Source: Utricularia gibba (taxonomy: Eukaryota; Plantae; Magnoliophyta). From it: a stretch of 64,000 bases of DNA. The stretch lies in NCBI GenBank assembly GCA_002189035.1, contig NEEC01000009.1:2418001-2482000 (forward strand), read 5' to 3'. Position numbers and translations under genes: made by a program. The notes below the pieces were generated by a model. That model was not told where the DNA came from and searched no databases. It saw only the letters and a program-made list of their open reading frames with translations. Below, one piece after another: positions 49,695 through 60,802 of this stretch (positions within the stretch are counted from its first letter, which is position 1; each line of letters opens with the position of its first letter).

Positions 49695-51309
49695 TCATTT
49701 CTTCTTTGCATACTCTCTCGGTCCGAAGATGGTCGATCCGATTCGCACGTTCGTGCTGCCCATTTCGATCTGTAAATGGATCGTGCATCAGCAGGATGTT
49801 GGTGAGTGCTGTGTATGGTTCAAAAAAGGATCTATATAATCCTACCGCTTGCTCGAAGTCCCCTGACATGCCCATTGATAGCTCACACTGGGACTCAGGG
49901 ATCCCTATTGCACTGCACACCTCTGCTCTGCAGTTCACAAGAGTCTGTGACATTGAAGATGAAGTTCGTCAGTGGGGAGGCATGACAGGGTTTGGTTCAG
50001 AAGGAAAGACGGGGAAGGTTTAGAAATGACTGTATGTTCATGCCAAAATCTAAAGAACCCGGAACAAGGATTCCAGCAAATGCAAGTTCTGGCAAAAAAA
50101 ATGGAATACGAGAATGTCGAGCTCTACATGGAAATGGACTGAACAATGATGGTGAATATTGAACGAAAAATGGCATGTTTTGTCTACAGCTAGAGTCCAG
50201 TATATCAAAATCCATGAAATAGAGATTCGGAGGGAAACCAAAGGCCTCTGCCTTCCACCCATCAGCAGTTAGCGGTTGAGGGCAAAGGTCTTGGTGTTTT
50301 CATGTCTTCTAAGATTTGAAAAATGGAAAAAACTTTACTTTTTCGATCTAATAACAAGGTGAAGATAGCACCTTGAAGTTCTCTGGAGTTGATGTGTAGT
50401 CAGGCATCCCAATAGTCATCAAACCAGAAAATTCCAGATTTTGGCACCGTAGCTTCACATGCTTTACAAGATCAACACATTCAATGGGATCAACGCCGGA
50501 TTTAGCTGCAAATCTCATTTGGGGACGCAGTCCCAAGAAAATGCATCTTCAGTAAAACTCATTCGCCATAAAATTGAACTAAGACTGCTCACATTTTAGG
50601 AAGAAATACTGAACCGGATTCGAAACTCACATGCCTCGCCGCTTGTATTCACTTGAACAAAAACCTTCAGAGGCTGCCTCCCAATACTTGAAGCTACACG
50701 ATCAAGAGCGGTTGCAATCTACAAAATTACAACAAGCTCATATTCAAATCATATGCTTTCTAACATATTTTCACATCATCGCTAACAAACATTAACTTAA
50801 CTACTTACCCTTTCATTATCAACACCTTCGACGAATGTTAGGTTTGGGACAGCAGCTGCACAAAAGCCACAATTTTGTCAAATCAAAGCCTGGGAGTAGG
50901 ACAATTTCAGAAAAATCGCATCCGGCATACTCAGCAGCGGTTTCACTTTATTGCTCTGCAGATGCCCGACGAAATGCCACCGGATGTCGCTTGGAAGCTG
51001 AATTCATAACCATAACCACGAACGCCAACAAAACTAATTAAAACGAAACAACAAAAAACATTCTCAATAAAATTCACCCTAAGGAACCTGAGGCGCCTTT
51101 TCGATTATCTCCTGAACATAATTTTCCCCAAAACATCTATGACCCGCGTCGTAGACTTGCTGTATGAGGGAGACCGGCTTCGTTTTGCTCACTGCCACGG
51201 TCCTTACATCATCGGCGGTTCGGCCAGAGTTTTCCGCCGCTAGACGCACTCGTCGGAGCACGGCACGAAGTGCCGCAACCGCAGCGCCTTCCATCGCCGG
51301 AGCAGCCAT
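49695..51309 (-). CDS. PLPBP: Pyridoxal phosphate homeostasis protein (YggS/PROSC family), 7 exons
   Basis: VAVSKTKP (PLP-binding Lys), [56 protein letters not shown]. All exons are in frame. Confidence 0.94.
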
Positions 51310-51444
51310 CCAGGAATCCAGGCTCCATCCCCAGCAAATAATATCATGCTTTGAATTATAGGCTCTTCCTCTCAAAAATAGTTGGCGTGGGAATTTTGGA
51401 AAACAGAAAGGATAAGGTTACGATTATTTTTTTATAAGCAAATA

Positions 51445-51507
51445 TGGGCCGATGGTCCAGCCCAATTAGTGATAGGCCTCCTAGATTTATTGGGCTTTAT
51501 GGGCCCA
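51445..51507. promoter_or_regulatory. Cluster of site II elements (TGGGCY/RGCCCA) in the divergent PLPBP/SWAP promoter
   Basis: tgggcc 51445, agccca 51459, tgggct 51491, tgggcc 51500, ggccca 51502. Confidence 0.6.
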
Positions 51508-51651
51508 TACTTAATCGGGTCCATTCACGCAGGGGAACTGACGCAACGGTAATCTAGTCATTGATATAGATAGCTAGGGCTCTGAATTGTCTTTCTGTTT
51601 CTTCGCGAAATCGGACGACGATTTGGTAGATTGTTGACGGTCGCCGTGGAT

Positions 51652-54600
51652 ATGGATCTCGAGGTGGTTGGGCGCCATGCGATGCTCTTCGACGATGATG
51701 CTATGGCGGCCTTCTGTAATTCGAGCGACGCCCTTGTGGAATGGAACTCTCTGAGTATCGACCGCTACGATGTTCGACACCTTCTTTCTTCGCCACTACC
51801 GCAGCGCCGACGTAACCGCAAGTTTGACCCCTCACTCGCCGATGAGTTGTCGCTTGAAGCTGAACTTGATCACCAGCGATATCTTGATCTACCCGTGGTT
51901 TCCGATGAAACAGGTAAATATATGCATTTATTTTGAAATAATTTTTTTATGAGAAGCAGTTCGATTTTTTGTAGTTTGGCATGCGGGAGAATCAAATTCT
52001 CAACTTTCACGATTGAGCCATCAGTTTCTGTCTTTGATGTGTTTCTGTATACTCTGGACTGTATTTCTTTATGGTTTGCCGTATTCCTTGTCGAGTAACC
52101 ACGATTTGAAAGTTTCGTCGACCTGGAGAACCTAGCTGTTATAGTATTCTGTTCAGGAGCTTATTTTTACCCATGCTTGTGACCTCTGGATACTCATGTG
52201 AATGGAATGTTGAATGTGCTCGAACTTAGTGGGTGGGCTGAGAAACTATTTTGATTCACGGAGTGGTTCTTGAAAAAAAGTTTCCATAGGCGATAGGGCA
52301 CAATGTTTATAGCGCGTGCTTTTTATTTGGTAGAATCTTTTTGTGCCGTATCTCTGGAATTTGCAGGAGGGAAGTAAATTAAGCCTTCGACAATTTACAA
52401 GTAAGGTTTCTGTGATCCTTTTACTGGAAAACTATTATAATGTTCCTTTTAATTGGATAGGACTAAATTTTACATAGATTATAGTATCTTTATATCTGTG
52501 GATTATTTGACGCTTATGCATTGCCAAATATTTTGATTATTCAGATCTGGAGAAGGATGGGTGTGGATTATCGGCTGACTATCAAGCTGTTGCCTTTTCA
52601 TATGGGAATGCTGATGATACTGCTGTACCAAAGGATGGTGGTGCAACAATTGGATCTTCTGAATTTCACCCCCCCTTTTCTGTTCCACCAGATATCCACT
52701 CCTTGGTAAGATGCTACTTTTTTAAGTGAAATTCTGGTTTGGTTTGGAATGGTTACTCTCTAACGCTAATTCACCAGTATGGCCTGTAACTATAGTGAAA
52801 GGTGAAGTTGTATTATAAATCTCTCACCGTCAAGTTTTCAGATGCTTGGAGCAGGATTGGGCTACTTGTGATATGTTTCCATACCGTGCCACCTTGTTTC
52901 CTTTTGATGCCATGACTAGGCATTGCAGGTGGGATTAGGAAACCAGGAATTCTGAAAATTTGCCAAACATGGCACCAATTGCGTAAAAGTTTCTTACGTT
53001 TCATTCTATCTGTATGATTTGAGATTCATGTTTGCACAAGTTCTGAGATTACAATATAGGAGTAGAGTTTTGTATGATTCAACTCATGAAGGGTTCTCGT
53101 CCTTTTCCATTTCTTTCTGCAGCCTGAATCAGAAAAAGCCCATCAGATTATTGCAAAGACTGCATTGTTTGTCAGAAAACATGGTGGGCAGTCAGAGATC
53201 ATTCTTCGGGTCAAACAGGGTGATAATCCAACGTTCGGATTTCTGATGCCTGGTCATGAACTCCATGCATACTTCCGGTATATTGTTGAGCATCCACAAT
53301 TGGTATCTGAGTCTGAAGACAGCTCTGGGTACAATAAGCCAAAAGATGGCGTTCTGAAGCAAAATGCTTCTAATATACATAGCAGCATTGGAGCTTTGTC
53401 CTTGCTTGGATCTGTGTATGGCAATGAAGAGGAAGATGTTGATAACAGTGCAGGCTTAGAGAAGGAGGTCTCAATGAGAATCAGTGAACCTGACGACAAC
53501 AGCAGTTCTCATAATTCAAGGAAAATTGAAATAAAGGCAGATACGGATAAGAGTGAGTCTGTGTCTACAAATTTAGTACTAACCAATAAGGAAAAGTTTC
53601 ACCATGTGAAGAACTCCTCTGTCACTGCACCTAAATCTGGTAATGTTAAAGGTTTGGGTGATAAGACCAATTCTGGATACATATATGCATCTAAATCAGA
53701 TGCAGGGAAGCAGTCAAAGATCAAACCTTTATTGTTGGAGCCTCCACCTGAACTGCAAAGGTTGATAGCAAAGGTCGTTGAATACATTATTAGAAATGGT
53801 AAGCAGTTTGAGGCAATGCTTATTGAGCAAGACCGGGAGCATGGAAGGTTTCCATTTCTTCTCCCATCCAATCAGTTTCATGCATACTACTTGAAGATCC
53901 TACAAGATAGTCACGAGGTATGTTCTCCTCCACACTAAACAGTGCACTTTAAAGTGGCTCCTGAGTAGATTGAAATTTCTGTTGTAGAGTGTAACTCTTG
54001 TTTGTTGCTTTTTTTCTTCTCAGTTTTAGTAACCTTTCTGAGTCACAATGTCACCCTATTTTAGACATGATTTCCGCGTAATGCTGGCTTGGGTTGGAAG
54101 GGTTTATCTAGAATATTATGCTAATACTTAGGGGTCATTTATGTCTTCGTGTAGCTAATTCGCGTGCAACATTTTGGATTAGGATTCAGTTCATTGTTCT
54201 CCAATCTTTGAGGTTTTTTTTTCATCACGTGATCCTCGTTTATGATCTGGCTGAGTTGTTTCTATGCTAATATGCCACCATGTCAGTTAGTTTTTTATTT
54301 TCCCAATGATGGTATCTAGTATCTGTAACTTGGATTAATGGTGGGGTTCTTTTTACCCATGTTTTGCAGTTAAAAATTATGGGTAAAGATTCATCCTCTC
54401 ATGACGATAATTATGCGAGTGCCCAAGACAAATATGGTTTTTTGAGGAAGGAAAGTGATTTTTCACCCTTGGAATCTGGCGTTGATGATATTCTGTTTGA
54501 GTCCGAGAAGAAGGAGAAGTTTAAAATGGTAATAAACAAGCCAAAAAAGGAAACAACAGAGACTGAGCCGAGTGGTTCTCGTGTAGAGCCTGAATTTACT

Positions 54601-55782
54601 GTAGACGCTGCATCTGCAGCTGCCATTCTTGAAGCTGCCACTAGAGGCATTAAAAGATCTATCTCAATAGCCTCTCCAGTTGATCACGATGTGCCTGGCA
54701 CTGCAGCCTTCATTGCCACTGAAGCTTCTGGTGAACACAGTGCTTTAGAGATGCGCATGACCAAGGAGCGGAAACTAAAAGCCGAGAGACTGAAAAGGGC
54801 AAAGAATTTTGTGGCGATGTTGAAAAATCAGGAATTGCCTTTTAAAACAGGGGAATCACGCTGCTCATCTTTAGAACCTGCAACTTCTGGAGGATTGAGG
54901 TCTGCTGATGAGAAAGATCATCATGGAAAAGATAAGAAAAGTACTGGTCCTACAGATGCATTTAGTCTCGATTCTGGCCTAAAGGTGGTTGGTGGAGAAC
55001 ATAATGAACGGATCATATCAAGGAAGCATCGCTCAAGACCAAAAGGATATGAGGATGGTGTTATTGATGATGATGGGGTTATCAAGGAGGATAGTGGGCG
55101 ATCGGAATCCAGACATACGGGCGTCGATCATGGATGTGGGCATGCTGCAGGGCCAGCACAAAAGCATAACACGAGAAGGCAACGGGATCGATATTCCAGT
55201 GAAGAAGAGCATGGTGGAGGGAGTGGAGACCATAAGCACGACAGATCGAAGCATCGGTCGCATGATTCACATCAAGAAGATGAATACAAAGATAAAAAGG
55301 ATGCCAAACGTTCCAGGAAGAAGAGTCATTCTCACCATTCCCGTCATGAGCATTCAAAGAAAAGGCCTTCATCTTCATCTAAAGGCCATGATTGGGAAGG
55401 GTATGAAAATGACGATGACCATGGAGATAAAAAGAGATCCAGGAGAAAACATAATCTGCATGGCGACAGGGAAAGGCAGGAGCACAAAAGGAGACATTCT
55501 CGGAGAGACAAGGAGCCTAGACAGCATTCCAAGCACTACACCAGTTCAGATGATGAACACCAGAGCTTGCACGAGCATAAAAAGAAACGGCATCGCCATG
55601 TAGATCCTCCAGAAGATGGAGTCTACTCGGAGTCTAAACATCGTAACACTATCCAAGAAGCCTCTGCGGACGCACCAGCATTCCCTGAACGAGCCCCCTC
55701 TCAGCCGTCAGATACTAATACTGAGGTCCCCGATGATCTCAGAGCCAAGATCCGTGCGCTGCTGATCGCAACTCGGTTATAG
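51652..55782 (+). CDS. SWAP (suppressor-of-white-apricot) splicing factor: DRY_EERY + two SURP domains + RS-like His/Arg/Lys-rich tail
   Basis: Exons 51652-51913, 52545-52705, 53123-53917 and 54370-55782. Motifs: MDLEVVGRHAMLFDDD..IDRYDVRHLL, HQIIAKTALFVRKHGGQSEIILRVKQGDNPTFGFL, FPFLLPSNQFHAYY, VPDDLRAKIRALL. Confidence 0.9.
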
Positions 55783-56394
55783 TCATATTCCAAATGGTTG
55801 TTTTGATAACCATCTCTACTCTGCACTCCCTGCAGATAGCCCCATGTTTCATCAAAGTTCACGTATGGCACATGCTCATGAACAATGCTTGCTTTTTGAA
55901 GTTCCCCAGGGCGTATCACTAAAAACTGGAATTGGGACTACATTTCAGAGGCAAGGATTGCAAGATCAGAAGCTGTTGCAGCTCAACGGCTTGTTCCTTC
56001 GCAGTTGCAGATGCGTTTTTTGTATGCAAGTGTCATTTTTTTGGACCTGCACAAGGCCATCAAGTAAACAGCCCTCTTTATTGTGTTGATGTGGTACGAA
56101 AATCTGAGGTTTGTGGGGTTGTGAAATCACGTGCAGTTATTGAAATATTTAGAAACAGAGAATAAGAGAAGCGAAATGTTAAATGAAGCTTTAAAAAAGA
56201 TGGTCCATTTGAGCCTACCCTCCACCGTAGCTTGGAGACAAGTAGGCAAAACCGGGAAATCTATCTGGGGGTGAGGCACCTCAAGGATTCCAATGGCTTA
56301 TCTTCACCAGTCCCAGAACCGTAAACCGCTGGGATCGGTTCTAGGAAGAGAGTGAAAGTACCCGGTAGTAGCTGACTTTCTTTCTTCTTTCACC

Positions 56395-59300
56395 ATGGCG
56401 ACTTCTGTAGTCAGTTGCTGCGGAGCTTGTTCCGGCCTCTTGCATCAGAATTCCGAATTTCCCACAACCCGTTTGTCGTCTTATTCTTCTTCCAGTTCTG
56501 CAGCTCCTCCAGTCGCGGCGTGGAAGCGAAATGGGTGTTCTATCAGGTATTAGTTCGGTTCAACGACTGTTGTTTAGAATACCCACCTCGTAAAACTGGC
56601 CGAACACTAGAGATATGTGGTGGAAGTTTATTTTCGGTTAGGAGTTCGGAGTTTTCGTTCGAGTTCTTAGAGTTTGAACTACACTGTTATTGCGACTCTT
56701 TCTTGTATATTTTCAAATGTTCATTCTAGTCCGGATTCCGGTGTTGTTGAACCGTGAAGCATTTCATTGCATTATAATGGGATTGGCGTTTGAGATGGTT
56801 ACTTTTGAAAAAAAAAAAACATCATGCAGGTGTAAGTTGACTTCGGCTTCTGAAGAAACTAAAGGGCCTAAGTCAATCGTACTTGACAATGCAAGCAAGC
56901 TCCTTACCAGATTCTTGAGTGGAGGAAGTATTGGATCTATGCCTGTTGCTGAAGGAGCCCTCTCTGACCTGTTTGGCCGACCTTTTTTCTTTCCTTTGTA
57001 TGAATGGTTCATAGAGGTGCTTACTGTGTTATCCAAAGGATTCATTAAAGGAAATATCCATGAACTAGCTCGATTAACCTGAAACAAGATATTAGCTGAT
57101 AGCTTGTGAAGTGCTCTTATCTGTTTTTGAAAATTCATTTTGGTTTGGATTGTTCTTGTTTTCAATATTCATACTGTGTAAGTATACTGATTGCATTTGT
57201 TGGAATTTGCAGCATGGCTCGGTGTACAAGCTTGCCTTTGGACCAAAATCTTTTGTGGTGGTCTCAGATCCCATTATTGCGAAGCATATCCTCCGTGAAA
57301 ATGCATTTTCATATGACAAGGTTTGGCATTTCAAGACAGAACCCTGCATCCTCCAGCATCTTCCTAGCCAACACATGAGATTATATTTTTTTTATAACAA
57401 TCACTTGTATGGAGATAATCGAATAAGCCTTTGGAACAACTTTAACAGAATCGCTTTAGCATTCTCTTTATTTTATAAGTCCTGAACTCTCTGTTTCTGC
57501 TGAATTTTGTGTAGGGTGTTCTTGCTGACATACTGGAACCAATCATGGGAAAGGGCTTGATACCTGCTGATCTCGAAACTTGGAAGCAGAGAAGAAGAGG
57601 TTAGATTCTGCTTCATTAAATTGATTTTCTTTCTTCTTTTAAGTTGTTTTTTCAGTATCCTAAGCTTGCATTATATTTGTTACAGTTATTGCTCCTGGTT
57701 TTCACTCGCTTTACTTGGAAGCAATGGCCAAAGTTTTCACTGACTGCTCGGACAGAATGACCACAAAATTCGAAAAACTTTTAGAATCTTCTATTGGCAA
57801 GGATAACATTGAGCTAGATCTGGAAGCTGAATTCTCTAGCTTGGCTCTTGATATCATTGGTCTTGGTGTATTTAATTATGACTTTGGCTCTATTACCAAG
57901 GAATCCCCAGTGATTAAGGTGACGTTTCAATCCCATTTATTCTTCAGTGGCCTTTGATTTCTTAAATCCCTGTCACTCATAAACAGTTTTGGTGGTGAAT
58001 GTCCCTTCTATTTTCTTATAAAATCTCTGTTTTTCACATGCAGGCTGTATATGGTACACTCCTTGAGGCGGAGCATCGTTCCACATTCTACTTTCCTTAC
58101 TGGAAAATCCCTCTAGCCAACTTGCTTGTCCCTCGGCAACGAAAATTCCATGATGATCTGAAAGTGATCAATGATTGCCTGGATGGTCTGATTAAGAATG
58201 CGAAAGAGACAAGAGAGGTGAGAGCAAATGTAACCATATGGCCTGAATTGATGGGGAAAACCATTCTTCTATTTCATATAAGAAGCTTTTTGTTTAGGAT
58301 CTTATGTTTCATCGACTTTATGTTGACAACAGGAATCTGATGTTGAAAAATTGCAGCAGAGAGACTACTCAAATCTCAAGGTATGTTCCATTCTACACCC
58401 ACAGTTGTGGCTTTTTTTCAAACAATTCTGGTCATTGATGAGCAGACAAGCATATGTCGCACAAGTTTCTGAATGCATGATCCAGCAATGAACTGAACTG
58501 TTTGCAGGATGCAAGTCTATTACGCTTTCTGGTTGACATGCGGGGGTAGATGCCGATGACCGTCAGGTAATATATGATTCCATAAGCTGAATGATAAACA
58601 CTGCCTGTTTATCCTAGTTAAATAATACAACTGTAACCCTTGAAGATACTTATGAATGCATCCAATCATAGCTTCTCGTTCTTATAGTAGCCATGTTTGG
58701 TTCGGTAAATTCAGTGTTTTCTTTCCTTTCCTCCACAGCTAAGGGATGATCTGATGACAATGCTTATCGCGGGACATGAAACAACTGCTGCTGTTCTTAC
58801 CTGGTCTATTTACCTTCTTGCACAAGTACATACTATTTTTTTGTGCATTGACTGATCTCAAATATTGGGTTTATGGGTGCCTGGAAATTGATCAATCTAT
58901 CAATGCAGAATCCTTCCAAGATGAAGAAAGCTCAGGCTCAAATTGACTCTGTACTTGGACTGGAAACACCAACATTTGAGTCAATTAAAAAATTAGAGTA
59001 GGTTCTCCAAATCTCTCAGGATCTTTTGCTATCATTTACCACAAAGCAGTCTTAGTTTTGCATGTCCATATCCTCAGTTATGTGCGTCTCATTATTGCGG
59101 AATCTCTACGTTTATACCCACAACCACCATTGCTGATCAGACGTGCCCTTAAACCAGATAGGTTACCAGGTATTTTTTTTCCCAAGGTTTTCAGATGAAC
59201 TAGGAAAAATGCTGCTGATTCTGCTGGATCCTTTCTCCTATTTATTCCATCATAATACTTAATCACTACTCATGAACCATTCCTTCAATTGTTGACATTT

Positions 59301-59957
59301 GATGTGCCAGGTGGCTACAATGCTGAAGAGACAGGATATTCAATTCCTGCAGGCACAGATATCTTCGTTTCGGTATACCATGGCCCTTCATCGATAATAA
59401 TTACATGTATAAAAATAGACATGACTCTGTATTCAAATTCATTTTGTCATTCAGGTCTATAATCTGCACAGATCTCCCTACTTGTGGGACAATCCCAATG
59501 AGTTTGAGCCTGAGAGGTTTCAAAAACCTAAGGCAGCACAAACTGATGATGGCTGGGCTGGTTTTGATCCTTCTAGGAGTCCAGGGGCCCTCTATCCCAA
59601 TGAGGTAACCTCCATAACCAAAGCTACACTTCATCAAATCTCCAACGCTGCTCGTACTATTAGATCATCCACCTCATGCTGTCCTTCCAACACTTGGTCC
59701 CTAATACTTTCTTGTGTTGTGGACTTGTAGAGTATGGCAGATTTCGCTTTCTTGCCCTTCGGAGGGGGGCAAAGAAAATGCGTCGGGACCAGTTTGCGCT
59801 TATGGAATCAACTATTGGGCTGGCTCGGTTGCTCCAAAAATTCGATGTGAGCTTGAGGGGATCACCAGAATCAGTTGAACTGGTTACAGGAGCAACCATT
59901 CACACCAAGAACGGGCTGTGGTGTACACTCAAGAAGAGAGCACCATTAGACCAGTAG
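56395..59957 (+). CDS. CYP97B3: Cytochrome P450 CYP97B3 (plastid carotenoid-hydroxylase clan); two apparent -1 frameshifts at 58542-58546 and 59785-59787
   Basis: [53 protein letters not shown]-helix [28 protein letters not shown], heme motif [20 protein letters not shown]. Confidence 0.93.
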
Positions 59958-60173
59958 TTCATCCCATATACGAACGAAAGCCATCTTGTCAACTTCATTG
60001 TTCCAACACAACTGCTACATAAAAGCATGAATACTTAGAGCTCCACTATTCTTTGATGGATATTCATTTTATACGCAATGCAAAGTGTCGCACAGCGAGG
60101 TACTCATGGGACTTTTCCAACAGGCAATAGGGAGGTATTGTACTCTTCATACAACAAACGTAATGCACGAAGC

Positions 60174-60475
60174 TTAGTTACTTCGGCTTCGTTTGCCCTT
60201 CTTTTCATTTGATTTCGGGGTCCCAAATCCACGAACCCCATCGGAATCCTCATCCTTCCAGCCATCATCCATCTCCTTCAGGGATTTCTGAAACACGCAA
60301 CACAGATAGTAAAGCAATACAGCTGTGTTAGTTTCACGAATCGATGGCGCAGACTGAGCTCCACCAATCTAAACGTTACCTCCCGGAGCTCGTTGAAGCT
60401 GACTGCATAGAAGGTTAGAGCTGCGGCGGCGAGAATTCCCACGACCGGAAGTCCGATTTGCTGTAGTCCTTCCAT
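60174..60475 (-). CDS. Small N-terminally anchored membrane protein of unknown function (2 exons; stop uncertain, 60174 or 60104)
   Basis: Exon 1 MEGLQQIGLPVVGILAAAALTFYAVSFNELRE, then a GT donor. Exon 2 starts after TTTCAG with KSLKEMDDGWKDR. Confidence 0.6.
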
Positions 60476-60802
60476 TTCCTATCTACTGCAACTTGCTCCC
60501 ACTTCCTCCTCACGTCAGTTATATTTATAGCATATGCTGTTGAAGCAGTCGAAGTCTAAGTAGTGGACTAGTTTCATAATACCGGGAACTCTGGGGACTA
60601 CAATTCCAAATTGCAAAAGTATTTTCAAAGGCTAGATGCGATTTTGAAGGAATAGAAGGACCAAAATGCAAACATTGGAAATGACTAACTGAGTTATCCA
60701 ATTGTCTTGTAGAAATATCTTTCTCAGTTGGCTCGAAGAAGCACACGCCGGCGTAAGGAGCTTCCACGGAAACGGCGCCGTGGAAGCTGAAGTGAACTGA
60801 GG

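Noticed and set aside
58435-58497. Box C/D-like arrangement (TTGATGA...CTGA...ATGATC...CTGA) in a CYP97B3 intron
   Set aside because: The C box is imperfect, the span is only ~63 nt, there is no terminal stem or recognisable rRNA guide, and the last CTGA overlaps the likely branch point. snoscan would be needed to revisit it.
5895-59787. Calling the eight frameshifted genes pseudogenes
   Set aside because: Each lesion is the same type of homopolymer -1, with conserved sequence and intact splice sites on both sides. They are kept as CDS pending read evidence.
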